A DNA stretch of 64,000 nucleotides from Paraphysomonas bandaiensis (GCA_965644295.1 CBFFRP010000281.1:482386-546385), one strand, 5' to 3'. Positions 24,374 through 37,766 are shown, counted from the stretch's first letter. Notes: a model not told the origin generated them from the letters alone. Program-made: numbers and translations.

Positions 24374-27300
24374 CTACTTAGGGCCATAGGGGGAATAATC
24401 GGTCATATTAGGATCAACAAACTTTTCGTAGTTCTTCTTGAACATACCAACCAGCTTGTCCGCGGTGGCATCATACTTGGACTGTCAAAATATCGTCAAA
24501 ACATATACATTCAATACAGTATAATGGTGTACATAATCACGTGAATGACAGTGTGGTCAGGGCTTCTTAGAGGTTATACACTCACAGGAATCCTTTGCAG
24601 GAAACATTCGCATGAGAGATATCTTCATCCCACACATATAAAATACTACATGGCATTGTGCATAACAAGCAGAGTATGCATATTACCGTGTCAGCCCATG
24701 TTTCCCGAGGGTTAAGGAGCTTAGATGGCACACCAGGTAATTCAGTTGGCACCTACACAGAGATAAAAAACTCACACCATATACTAGAAAAAGAAGTATG
24801 GTCATCGCTTACCTCGAATCCGAATCTGTCGTCGGTGCGCATGGGTGCCTCGTGAATGGAGCCATTAAGGACAGCGTCGATGGCAGCACGGGTCACCTAG
24901 CACAGGATATAACAAACACGTATTTCACAGAATGATTGGAAAGTACCTTAATGCTCATGCGTTCACCCTCGCCGTATGCTCCCCCAGACCACCTACAAAA
25001 ATGATCACTTTTTATCACAATACAGTAAAATACATACCCGGTGTTGATAAGGAAGACATGGGTTCCATGAGTCTTCAACTTCTCTTGAAGCAGATCGGCA
25101 TACTAGATAGAAAAATTAAGAGAATAAAAGTACAATTATTGTAAGCATCTAAAGTAAAGTTGAATGATAGTGCGGTCAGGGCTTCTTAGAGGTTATACAC
25201 TCACAGGAATCCTTTGCAGGAAACATTCGCATGAGAGATATCTTCATCCCACACATACATTCAATACAGTATAATGGTGTACATATTCACGTGAATGATA
25301 GTGTGGTCAGGGCTTCTTAGAGGTTATACACTCACAGGAATCCTTTGCAGGAAACATTCGCATGAGAGATATCTTCATCCCACACATACATTCAATACAG
25401 TATAATGGTGTACATATTCACATGAATGATAGTGTGGTCAGGGCTTCTTAGAGGTTATACACTCACAGGAATCCTTTGCAGGAAACATTCGCATGAGAGA
25501 TATCTTCATCCCACACATACATTCAATACAGTATAATGGTGTACATATTCACGTGAACGATAGTGTGGTCAGGGCTTCTTAGAGGTTATACACTCACAGG
25601 AATCCTTTGCAGGAAACATTCGCATGAGAGATATCTTCATCCCACACATACATTCAATACAGTATAATGGTGTACATATTCACGTGAATGATAGTGTGGT
25701 CAGGGCTTCTTAGAGGTTATACACTCACAGGAATCCTTTGCAGGAAACATTCGCATGAGAGATATCTTCATCCCACACATACATTCAATACAGTATAATG
25801 GTGTACATATTCACGTGAACGATAGTGTGGTCAGGGCTTCTTAGAGGTTATACACTCACAGGAATCCTTTGCAGGAAACATTCGCATGAGAGATATCTTC
25901 ATCCCACACATACATTCAATACAGTATAATGGTGTACATATTCACGTGAACGATAGTGTGGTCAGGGCTTCTTAGAGGTTATACACTCACAGGAATCCTT
26001 TGCAGGAAACATTCGCATGAGAGATATCTTCATCCCACACATACATTCAATACAGTATAATGGTGTACATATTCACGTGAATGATAGTGTGGTCAGGGCT
26101 TCTTAGAGGTTATACACTCACAGGAATCCTTTGCAGGAAACATTCGCATGAGAGATATCTTCATCCCACACATACATTCAATACAGTATAATGGTGTACA
26201 TATTCACGTGAACGATAGTGTGGTCAGGGCTTCTTAGAGGTTATACACTCACAGGAATCCTTTGCAGGAAACATTCGCATGAGAGATATCTTCATCCCAC
26301 ACATACATTCAATACAGTATAATGGTGTACATATTCACGTGAATGATAGTGTGGTCAGGGCTTCTTAGAGGTTATACACTCACAGGAATCCTTTGCAGGA
26401 AACATTCGCATGAGAGATATCTTCATCCCACACATACATTCAATACAGTATAATGGTGTACATATTCACGTCTACATGAATGTGCCCATATCGTATAGAG
26501 TGATATCTATCACAGTGTTACCTTGGTAGGGTGTAGAGTGAGGAAAGCAGCGCCAAAGCATGCGGAGAAGGTTGCTTCTGGCTCAGTCACACCGCGTTCT
26601 GTACCGGCCACCTGGAGTAGATAAAACCGAGCAGATGTTAAGCATTACAATAGTTACACCGAACGACTGGGCCTACCTTGGCAGTGTATCCAGAGAGGAA
26701 GTGGTACATAGCCTGGCTAGCAGAAAGCTTGGAAACAGGGGGCAATACTCCAAAGGCATCACCTGCACTAGCGTTAACTCTATAGACTACAGGTTTCGTA
26801 ACACACATGTGAGGAAGAAAATAGCCTTCGGGTGAGATCCAAGAGAGCTTTCCTGGTAGTTCGGGATGTGGTGAATGGGGTAAGACACACGACCGTTCTG
26901 TGTCTTCTCCACACTGAAACCCAGAGAACAAAAGATTAGACTCAAAGCTCGAAAAACTAAAAACTCAAATCATAGAACGTACTTGAAAAAGTCGACTTCT
27001 TTAGTATTAGGATCGACGTGGACATTCTCTAGTAGGGCATCACGACGAATCGCGTGGAAAATCTCAGGTTCCGTAGCCTCAGATAGATTTATGGTTTTCG
27101 CGTAGCAACCCTACAATGCGCATAAACAAAAACTATATGAATTGAAAGTGAAACTTACCCCTTCGAAGTTGAAAACACCATGATCGTCCCAACCGTGTTC
27201 GTCGTCGCCAATCAAATTACGACTAACAGTGGTGAAAGACCAATTAAGTAATGCAGAAAAAAACGAAGTGTCTTGTTTAAAATGATACAGCAGGCATGAG

Positions 27301-28379
27301 TAAAATGTGCATACAATAATTCGTTAATGAGATAACATCTTCGTACTTGGGATCAGCAGAGAGAGTTGTTTTGCCCGTGCCTGAGAGACCGAAGTACAAC
27401 GCTGTATCTCCATCCTTGCCTACAATGATACACAGTCATTAGCTATTCCATACATCTTATGTGGACGCTATAATACATACCGATGTTAGCCGAGCAATGC
27501 ATTGACATAATGCCACTAAGTGGGAGCCAGTAGTGCATCATTGAGAAAATGCCCTGCAAAGCCAACATAATCAGCAAGGATGATAGACATGAATACTACG
27601 ACAAGAACCTTCTTCATCTCGCCCCCATAAAAGGTTCCACCAATTAAAGCGGTTCGATCTTCTACATTAAATGTAACAAACACTTCGCTGTTGAGTCCAT
27701 CCTCCTTCCAGTTCTTGTTTGTTACATTGCAGCCATTGATAATCTGTGTGAAGTCAAAATACGTAAAGCAAGAGGGTAATATAAACTTACAGTGAAGTCA
27801 GGCTCAAAACCTTCGATCTCTTCAGCAGTTTTAGGACGAATAAACATATTAGTGACAAAGTGATGCTGCCATGCGATCTCTGTCACGAAGCGAACCTAAC
27901 AAAAAGACTTAATGTAAGCATATGTATCCTATTAAGTCAATGACTACCTTCTTTCTGGATGCAGGATTCGCGCCACAGTATCCATCAAACACATAAATAT
28001 TCTTTGCGTTGTTGCTAAAATGACTGGTAACTTCCTTATGTAGTCTCTTGTATACCTCAGGCTTCATGGGTCTATTAACAGGCCCCCACCATATGTTATC
28101 CGAAGAAGGCTTGGACTCCACAATGTACTTATCTTTAGGAGATCGGCCAGTGAATTTCCCTGTGTCCACAGACACAGTACCGTTCTTAACAACAGTAAGC
28201 CCTGATGCGACCTCATGATCATAGATATCATCATAGCCAAGATTACGGAATATCTTCGTATTTGGCTGAGGAGTGATGCCTAGGACACTGAGATCCAAGC
28301 CTCCAGCACTGCTTGGAGCAGCAAACCCCCTGGCCAAAAAGGGGGTTGATCTATGCACACGAGAGAGAGATCTAAACAT
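24374..28379 (-). CDS. pckA: Phosphoenolpyruvate carboxykinase (ATP), predicted mitochondrial; many introns
   Basis: [74 protein letters not shown]; presequence [20 protein letters not shown]. Confidence 0.96.
24551..24635 (-). ncRNA. SNORD61: Intronic box C/D snoRNA, U61/SNORD61-like (single copy in last PEPCK intron 24482-24686)
   Basis: Minus strand reads GTGTGG-G-ATGAAGA(box C)...CCTCTAAGAAGCC-CTGA(box D)-CCACAC, with a terminal stem; guide is antisense to the conserved 18S motif CUUCUUAGAGG. Confidence 0.85.
25161..26471 (-). ncRNA. SNORD61: Tandem array of 10 x 131 bp, each unit holding one U61/SNORD61-like C/D snoRNA (85 nt) and a 46-nt spacer, in PEPCK intron 25103-26521
   Basis: Low-coordinate ends of the copies lie at 25170, 25301, 25432, 25563, 25694, 25825, 25956, 26087, 26218, 26349. 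Boxes, stem and guide match the single copy, sense to the host transcript. Confidence 0.85.
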
Positions 28380-29799
28380 GACTGAATATAAACCACACAC
28401 ACCGCTGAATACACTGATATTTTATATATTCTTCACTTCGAAGTGAATAATTCAACTATGAAGCAACTTCTATGTTGCATATCTCCCTCACAACAACATT
28501 TTTTCAATAAATCTGGCTGTTCAAGATACTTTTATTTCCTCACGAGTAGCAGTTCAGAAGATTGCGCACTTCCTATCCTCTCATTACGTGTTCTTTTATA
28601 TATTACGTTGTAGATTTGAATTCTACTTCAACAAACCTCATTTTTTTGAATTTCTAGAATATTGAAACCATCGGTCTTTGTAGGTATGTTCTATTTTCCC
28701 GAAATATATCTTCAAGGTTTCTAGATATGAAGCAAAGTCGTGTGTAATTTCAGTTTAATATCTTTGGAGGATATGCAAGATATTATTCGACTATCTTCTG
28801 TGTCCAGTGGCACTCTATACATGCATAACTCAGTCTAGGAAACTAACATGATGCACAATAACAGGCTTAACCTCGGTTCTATTGTTCTACAGACGATATA
28901 TGATTAGTTACAAGCTATAACCTCCAGTATTGACCACAACTATGCCAGTAAATCGATGATTCTTCATGCCTACTCAAGTCACTAAATATCGATCGTTTTG
29001 TGTTGCCTTTATATTGCCCTCTGAAACTATGAAGATGCATGCGGTTAAGATTCTCAGTATTTATAACACATATTAATTGACATTGGTTGTTAGTGTGCCC
29101 TAGTGCTAGTGTTGATTAAACTAAGCTCGTACTACGCCTGTATTATACTTGCTTGGCTATTATATGATTTACATTCTTGGGCAGGGGGATAAATCAAAGC
29201 CATCCTGGAATGTGGGCGAATGACATCCATGGTACATTCGTGGCCACGAGAAGCCCCGTGTAACCTTCGCCAGGTGATGGGAGGGCGAATAGGGCCTTGA
29301 TAAAAGTTTCATTGCACTATGTGTCTCGTGAAGCCTGGTGAAGTCATAGTGTCCGCGAACACGGGGGGAGGGTGGTAGGGTGTTCCCACGGAATGTGGGC
29401 GTGTTTTATATGCACAACCAATGCAGCAAAAGGTTGAGCAGGTGAGTGACTGCGAGTCTACATTATGGCCACACTACTGGAAAAAGGTACTGCTTATTTG
29501 CTCAGATCGTTGATGTTACTGTATTGCTCTGACACTGATTTCTCTAATATTCAACTTGCGTTTATAGTTTTTCACTATTCTCTGGAAATGCTAGAATTGG
29601 AATAACAAAACGATTTTTAATGAAGTATTACTTTATCGTTCATTACTGTTATTCACTATTCGTTACAAGGTAGACATATCCACAATCCACAACCAATTAT
29701 GTAGCCAGTAGATGTAAGCAATAATTTGCCACAAAAAAGATATGGGCACAACGTATGAAGAAATATTCATCAGAATGTTATTATGCAGATATATATCAA

Positions 29800-30738
29800 T
29801 CAGCAGATTTTACCGATGTACTTCGCCCGGGGATATTTGGAATTAACAAGATTGGGCCACTGTACAATAAATCCATCTGAAATATAATACAATATCCTTC
29901 CAGTGAGAGATAATGTTTGTACTCTACAATAGCTCTCAGCAAATACTATGAACGGTCTATACATATCGAAAGGAATCACTACCCGTAGTACAAACGCAGC
30001 TACACAAAGTGGCACACACGTGCCTGCACAACATATTAGAATATCAATAAAAGTTTATTGCACAGTTAGTAAAACAAAACTCGAAAATACTGCTCGTGGC
30101 CTACCTGGGCCATTGCAGCATATTAAACGAGGTCGGTAAACTGCTATGATACTAAACGCTTGTACGAGCGCAAAAGCTGATGTCAATACTGTAGTCAGCC
30201 AAGACTGCTTCACCTAATACATAGTTATACATCATTACAGCACGGATCACACAAGCTGACCTCCCGACTTCGATATATCTGAATCCACTTCACAGAATCT
30301 ATGTAACTTAACTGTTTAGAATCACAAATTACGTTATTCAGGATGGCACAATATCGTACACCTCAGAACTTCTAATTTTCCCAACGCTTGTGTGGTCCGA
30401 CTGCAATTATAATCATGAAAATTAATAGATGATATTGCATGCGCTACAGTTACCAATGCCGTAACGAAATACATTGGGCTATACTTTGAGATATCGAGCT
30501 CCTTTATCATTCGAAGCATTTCAGTTGTGTGTCCACCTTTAAATTTATTATTAAAAATTCGAATATAAGCATATGTCAGTATACCTGATCCAAAAATAAC
30601 CATACATGATGTAGGTATCTGTCTAGTCCCTATCGATGCGTTCTTTGTAGGTAAACACACAATGATTCGATGAATGACATAGCAGACAACAGTTGCAACA
30701 ATAATCAATATTGTGTACTCGGAATGCAGAGTCTCCAT
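29800..30738 (-). CDS. ALG14: UDP-GlcNAc transferase subunit ALG14; multi-exon
   Basis: N-terminal TM, spliced GSGGHTTEM, RSREVKQSW, CNGPGTCVP, FAESYCRV..LSLTG.IL..FIVQWP. Confidence 0.95.
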
Positions 30739-31140
30739 AATAGAAACTATTTCAAATTCATTCAAGTTGTATAAGTTAGTTATGAGTTCTCAGTTGCTGT
30801 GAGAGTTACTCCTCAGACCTGCTGGGCGGCTGCATACAGCAGTGCTGTAGGTTCCTACTATCGTACTCTGTGTAGCAAGTTTATATGCAAAAAACACACT
30901 GTTATCACTCTAACCAATCAGAGAGATTGAGTTGTATAATCCGCATATATAATTGGTGAAGTGGTCATGAAGTATAATAACTTTCTTGTCTACATCATAT
31001 CATCATTCGCATATCCACATATCGACATACCATACATACAACATAACAACACAGACACACACTGGATACATCGCATAAAGTCTCTTCCATCTATTTCATC
31101 TCTAGTGTTTCAGTAAACTGTATTCTTTTTAAGAGTTGAA

Positions 31141-33025
31141 ATGGAACTATTCGATGAGGATGAGAGCAAAGAGAGAGTGTTAGTTGGTTATGGCTATAAG
31201 ACAGAGCCCAATACATATGCAGATGATGGTCAATCAGAGAATAAGAATTCATTATTTGCCCATCGCCGTCGACAAGATTTAGAATTTCGTAATGTTTGTT
31301 TAACTGTTGGTAGCGATCGTGTTATATTATCTCAATGTTGGGGAAAGGTGAGACATAGAGAGATATGCGCAATATTGGGACCTAGCGGGTCTGGGAAGGT
31401 TATCGGATGTTATCATATATAATGCAATTCATTGATCTTTTCAGACTTCTTTATTAAATGTTCTTGCTGGACGTGTAAAATCATCGTCACACTCAACTGT
31501 TACCTGTCATGTTCGTGTGAATAGTACAGCTATAAATCCGCTGCAGTTTCGTCAACATGTGGCATATGTAATGCAGCAAGATACTCTTTTTGCAACTTGT
31601 TCACCTCGAGAATGCCTTATGTTTTCCGCTGCATTGCGGCTTCCTCAACACCAACCTTCATATATTTGTGATGCAGTTGAGCAGACTATTCGCGAACTTG
31701 GATTGGAATCTTGTGCCGATACTCTCGTTGGGGACGTTCTTATACCTGGTTTATCCGGTGGCGAAAAGAAACGAGTAAGCGTTGGGTTGGAATTGATAAC
31801 TAACCCATCAATCATTTTTCTTGATGAACCCACAAGTGGTTTGGACTCCTATGCCGGTTTTCAACTGATATCTCTCCTCAAGAATATTGCAGCCAGCGAC
31901 GCAACGGTCGTATGCACTCTTCACCAGCCCTCATCAGAAATATTTTATTTATTTAACCGTGTTATATTTTTAAAAGAAGGAAGAATAGTTTATCAGGGAA
32001 GTGGAGAGGATCTTGTAATATGGCTCTCAAGCAATCATTTTGTTTGCCCTGAGCACTATAATCCTGCTGACTATTTAATGAATATCTGTCATTCACACTC
32101 CTTGGAAAAACTGTCCGACATGCTCATGTTGATGCCTCCGCCGGTTCTAATTTCTCTTTTGAAGCAAGATTCTACACAGCTTTTAGAAGCCATTCACAAG
32201 GCACCAATATCCACACAGTTGTACTGGATTATCAATCGGGAGTTAAAAAATACTATTCGTAACAAACCAGCGATGTTTGGACGATTCGGAGTGGCAATAA
32301 TTGTAAGTGCTCTCTTTTCTCTTATTTTTTATCGTGTTGGTAATCGGGATGACTCAAATCCTGAAAACTTTGATGCTCATGTTGGTGCTGTCACAATGGT
32401 TACAATCTCGTCAATGTTCAACAGTGCACTACCCGCACTACTGGAGTTCCCTTCTGAGCGCCCAATTTTTTTACGCGAGTATGCTAGAGGAACATATTCT
32501 GTCACTACGTACACATGCGGTAAAATGATACTTGAGTTACCATTGGCTTTCATCCAATCACTCTTTCAAACACTGATAGTGTACTACTTGATAAGTTTTC
32601 AAGGGAATCTTTTGTATATAGTCTTGGCATTGTGGGGCACTGGACTTACATCTAGTGGTCTTGCTATACTTTTGGGTTGCCTTGTAGAGGATCCTAAACA
32701 GGCGGTGGAAATGGCTCCGCTATTATTTGTTCCGCAGATTCTTTTTGCGGGATTCTTCATACGTACGAGTCTCATACCCGTATGGATTCGATGGATTCAA
32801 TACCTCTGCCCCCTTAAGTATGGCATCAATTTGTTTTTTCTCAACGAGTTCGCTAGATTTCGTTCCTCGTGTGACAACGACGCAGCAGCTAACTGTCGCC
32901 AGGTACTGACTGGAAACGACATAGTATATTCAGATTGGTGGATCTATGCTCTAATACTTGCTGCATTGTCTTTTTCTTTTCGAATTGTTGCAATTATTGC
33001 GTTGGCAGCAAAAGCTTTTCCGTAA
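31141..33025 (+). CDS. ABCG (White-like) half transporter; intron ~31399-31444
   Basis: Walker A GPSGSGK|TS, LSGGEKKR, FLDEPTSGLD, LHQPS; NBD followed by a 6-TM ABC2 domain. Confidence 0.95.
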
Positions 33026-33484
33026 TATATTTCAGTATTATTATTTCATTGTGCACGCTTGAAATATATAGTGTATATTGTATATAGTATATAGGTTATT
33101 AACAACGGAAACGTCATCGAACTTCATGCACTGTATAAATATAAGTGTATGATCTGTAAAACGAAATGATGTTGCTATGATATATAAGCAGTAGGACTGT
33201 GCTGACTGTTCACACCATGTCTATATACTGCAAGACTCTCAGTAGGAATGTTGGCTTGTTCGTTCGTAATTCGTAAAAGGTCATGAGATATATTTAATAT
33301 GGTAATCAAAATGTATTGCAATGTTGTTGCATGAGTATTGGAGTTCCATTCAAGAAGAACACTAAACTTTACTTAAGATTTCGACTTCAGTGACAAGTCC
33401 ATCTCTAACATGATACATAACCACGGTACCAAGGTATAAGTAGTACTAATTTTCATGTAAAAACACTATACCATTTAATTAAGC

Positions 33485-34718
33485 TCAACATTTCAAAGAC
33501 TGGTGATAGAAGTCCATTGTCATTTCATTTTTGTCTGAATCCACATCGAATGAGTAACCAATGCGGCGTGCCATTTGTAATGCCCACTCTATGCACTCAC
33601 CACTCTCACGGGCTAAATAGGCCGTCAAATAGGCGGACGAGCGATACCCAGAAGTGCAATGAACTAACACCGGCCCGTACGAGCTGGCGTCTACTAGTGT
33701 AGGGGTATACATATCCAATTGCTCCGCCGTCCATGCGTCATCGCCGGACACTGGAAGGTTATAAAACTTCAACCCCACAGACTCAAACGCGATTCGCTCC
33801 GCAGTGACATTGTAGTTTCCATTAGCATCAGAGAACTCGTGGTTCTCAATGGGACCCGAAGCAGGGTCTGAAGAAAGACGGGTGGTACTTTCGCCGTCAT
33901 TGCGGAAACTAATAATTGATTTGTAACCGGCCTCCGCAATAGATTCCACATGTGTATCTAGAATTTGACCAACATTATACCATGTATCATTTCCTACTCT
34001 ATGAGCCCAGTAGTAATACTTGTATGAGTCTTCTCCATTCGCAAGAGTCTTTTCAAGACTACGTTCTGTGACCTCTGTCGATAAGCCGGTTAGCTCATTG
34101 ACCAGTGCAACAGCGTTCTCATCAGCTTGAAAATCCCATCCCAGAGTCACAGAGTTCGCATATATATCCTCTGCGGCTACAACTCCAGCCAAATAAAGAT
34201 GTAACTCTGCAAAGAGAGATGCTGCATACCCGGCCTACATAGAAAATTATGAGAACTACGGATTACTCCATACAATGCGTACCCCACAGTGAATGTACAC
34301 GGGCTTCTCCATCTTCATAATATAATCAGACACTTGTTTCACAGATTCCACAGAAAAGGATGTAGAAAAGTACACAGCATCCATACCAAACTCCTTCGCG
34401 ATCTGCACCTCATCCTCAGAGGAGGGAAAGGGGCCTTCCATACCATTGAATGTATCCAATGTATCATCTAAAGGTAATGTACTTATAATACTACGGAATC
34501 CTCCTTCAGCTAAGTACTGTATATCACGTGATGTAAGACGTCCACCTATAACAATAACTGTTAGTGTCTATATATCTCATAGATGACTGGTATGTACCAG
34601 TGTAGATCTGAGGAGATACTCTCTTAGTAAAATGAGAATATCGGGAGTATACGTCCCAGTTATATGATGAATACGCTACACCAAATAAACACACGATGTA
34701 TGTGAGGGATAGCATCAT
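33485..34718 (-). CDS. Secreted protein with two tandem DUF442/Blh-like (PTP-fold, sulfurtransferase-like) domains; 2 introns
   Basis: Signal peptide MMLSLTYIVCLFGVAYS; 'LAEGGFRSIIS..PVYIHCG|AGYAA' and 'GQI..IAEAGYKSIISFR.DGE..NLPV..PVLVHCTSGYRS'. Confidence 0.75.
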
Positions 34719-35059
34719 ATTATAGAAGTGTGTGGGTATATATGTATATGTCTATGTGTAAGTGAAGTGCGAAGTGATATAGAGGGACTTTAATGGAGAA
34801 TATACAGCAGGTCCAGAGCATACGTAGAATATGTATATATATCGCTGTACCTCCTGTGCCTGTACCTGTACCTCCTGCCTGTACCTGTACACACATACAC
34901 ACGTACACTGTACTGGTACATTGGCCATATGTACACAAGAACACCCGAGTCCGTTTGTCCCAATAACATGATCCAGTAGCTATGCATGTCATGCATAGAT
35001 AAGATCCCTGCCGCTCCTCTCTAGCTCACTCCCCCATACATTAAGACACACTCCCAGCA

Positions 35060-35400
35060 CTAATGTATTCAGTGACTCAGACTGGGCTGGTGATAGGATG
35101 ACTCGGCGGTGCACAACAGGATACATCGTGTTTTTATGCGGGTGCATGGGCCTGGCAGTCCAAGCTTCAGACCACAAGCTTCAGACCACAGTTGCGACCT
35201 CTGAGTATATGGCGGAGTATGCGGCTATGCAAGAACTGGTGTGCCTTTGGGGGATGTTCAAGGAGCTCGGACTCTTAGTAGCGAAGCCGACTCCATTCTA
35301 TGGACAGCAAGAGTGCTAAGATCTTTCCGAGAATCCAGTGTATCATACGAGGTCGAAGCATATTGACATCAAGTATCACTGGTTAAGAGAGCATGTTAAT
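35060..35400 (+). mobile_element. Copia RNase H remnant
   Basis: SDSDWAGD..TTGYIVFL..WQSKLQTTVATS..YAAMQE..NPVYHTRSKHIDIKYHWLRE, with frameshifts and a 14-bp duplication; related to the intact copia. Confidence 0.85.
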
Positions 35401-37269
35401 AGACATCTATCTAAATCACGTACAATATGACACAACATTCATTATATATCAGCACTATAAGAGGATAGATTTACAGTGTAATCACACTATAGAGATCCTC
35501 ATAACGGCAGATCACATCACAGTGAGATCTGAGTGAATATACTGCATATCAGCATTCCATCAGGGGCGTTAGAACTTGATCGTGTAGTGTACCAGCCTAT
35601 GGGACGAAAGATGTGGACTCTGGACTACATTGGACTGTATTCTCAGTACGCTGCTGTCGGTTTAATGAAATGGGTCGCTCAGTATAAAACATGAACGATA
35701 TCATTCATATATAAATAACATTATAGTTTTGGTATGACTCAAACTTTATGCGTATATTATTTCCAGGGTCTAATAATCTTTGTGCTAATGCGAACAACAT
35801 CATTGAAATTGCTTAGAGGTAAGTACTAAAGTTCAATGGTATTTTTGCAGTAGTAATGATTCTTGTGTGAGCAGCTTCAAAATTGTATATGCAGTATTTG
35901 CGAAGAGTTCGTTTGGTATGCGACGTATGGTACGCTTTATTTCACAGAATTATTGACGTGAAGTTGACGTCACTATCCAGCCTTACATGATTGCCAGTTG
36001 GGCTCTAGTTCTTGTTTTGCTATTCGTTTTATCACTTACGGCTAGTGATCCCACGGTTAACACTTGGATTACTATTCAGTTGACATGCCACTGTTTTTAT
36101 GGTCTCTGATGTTTCTGCTGATGGTAGGCAGTAGAATTGGGGAAATTAGAATCTTATGAAGAACGTGGGCAGTATGTGTCAGCCAAAATAAAAATGATGT
36201 ACTGTCGATTAGATATTTCATGCTATTTCAGTGTACATATACGACGGCAAATACTAGCTACTACTGGGCAGCGGGTGCGCTTCATGGCCCCAATATTTGC
36301 TGGAGTTATTCGGACATTCTTGGTCAATGGTCCGAGTACTTATCCAGATGGGTATGTTGTTTCATTCTATATACGAGAAGAAGATGTGCTGATATTCGAT
36401 TATTTGGACTCTTTGTATGCAATATATCGTGGGAGCACTGTTGGAGCTGGGGTCGCACAATCAACGAGTACTATTGACTCGTTTTCTGTCTAGTGTTTGT
36501 ACTATCTTTCCCTATTCTTTACCTTCAGGTAAGTAGTATTTTGTACGCATGAGATACTAGCCATTGATGATTACAGAGACACTAGAACAAAGATTTAACG
36601 TAAGTTTTCTATGGGAGGCACCATCAAGAAATCTTGGGTAAATGAGTAGAGTAATAGGTTAATAGTAAAGTGGCTACTATGGAACATCTAAAAAACAGTG
36701 TAGGAACAATTTGATTTGTGTGAAATATTGTCTTGTCTTTTTGTTTACGTGTTACTTGCGTATATCACAAAATAGAAAAATTGATAATGATGCATTTCCA
36801 TTTTTTGCTAGGTAGGACTATTACAAAATTGATAATCTAAAATTAGTGAGTTTGTAAGGTTTTGATTGTTTATGGTTGTAAATTGTAAACAAAGGACATC
36901 TAAGAAGTATACAAGAAATGGCTGATGCGTATTTCTCATCACAAATGCAATTACTTGAGTGTGTGTTTACTGTTTACAGAGTTTAGTTTAATTAATTCAA
37001 AGTCGAAATGGAATCATAAAATAATAATTTTTTAATTAACGATAGTGTCATATTGACTGAGTTTAAGTCCTCCTAGTTTATTAATATATCTTGATATTAT
37101 ATACTATATTAAGAGAATTACTGTACATACATGTGGATATGTGTAGAGTGCTGTTTGAGCTGGCGATACATAAAAAATAGAAAATAACATCAAAAATAGG
37201 CTTTTTTTCTTATTTTCCGGATATTTGTATACATGGACTTGTATTTTTTACCCTACAGTTAAGGATCTT

Positions 37270-37443
37270 CTCTCATATGACTATCATAATATTGATTGCA
37301 ATATATTGCAATATATTGTGAGCCACTTTAACAGAAACAATATTGATGGAAATTTTGACCGGTCGAACAATCAATATATTTTACAATATATTGCAATATA
37401 TTGTACAATGTATTGCAATTCAATATATTGTTTCCTAGCCCTG
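37270..37443. mobile_element. Solitary hAT terminus, same family as the right end of 48814-51491
   Basis: Near copy of 51330-51491 ending caatatattgtttcctagccctg; rich in CAATATATTG palindromes. Confidence 0.75.
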
Positions 37444-37766
37444 CTTGACATGTCTAGTGCAGTGACCAACAAACATCTTAACAGTGGCCATTTCCAATAT
37501 CGGTCGTCAATATAATATTTAATATGAGGTTACGGTAATCCTGATGATATTTAGTTGAGATAGTGTAATCTATTATGAACTAGGACAATAAAAGAACTTA
37601 CTGAGTGAAAACTACTACCACAAAGACCGAATCATAGCCACATAACACAAGGAAAGACGAAGACATTAGTTTTAGCTCACGAAAAGTTAAACTGTACGTT
37701 TTTATAAGGTATAAAAAAATCTAAACAAAATATATACATATAATTGGGGGGTTGTGCTATTGGCAC

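Noticed and set aside
25161-26471. CRISPR array
   Set aside because: Units are wholly repeated with no unique spacers, there are no cas genes, and the context is a eukaryotic intron.
29240-29330. U1 snRNA or RNase MRP RNA
   Set aside because: ATTGCAC and ACACGGGGCTT (minus strand) are present, but the U1 5' end and the GAAAGTCCCC partner are missing.
36137-36493. 118-aa ORF
   Set aside because: Non-ATG start and no recognisable motif; at best a gene remnant.
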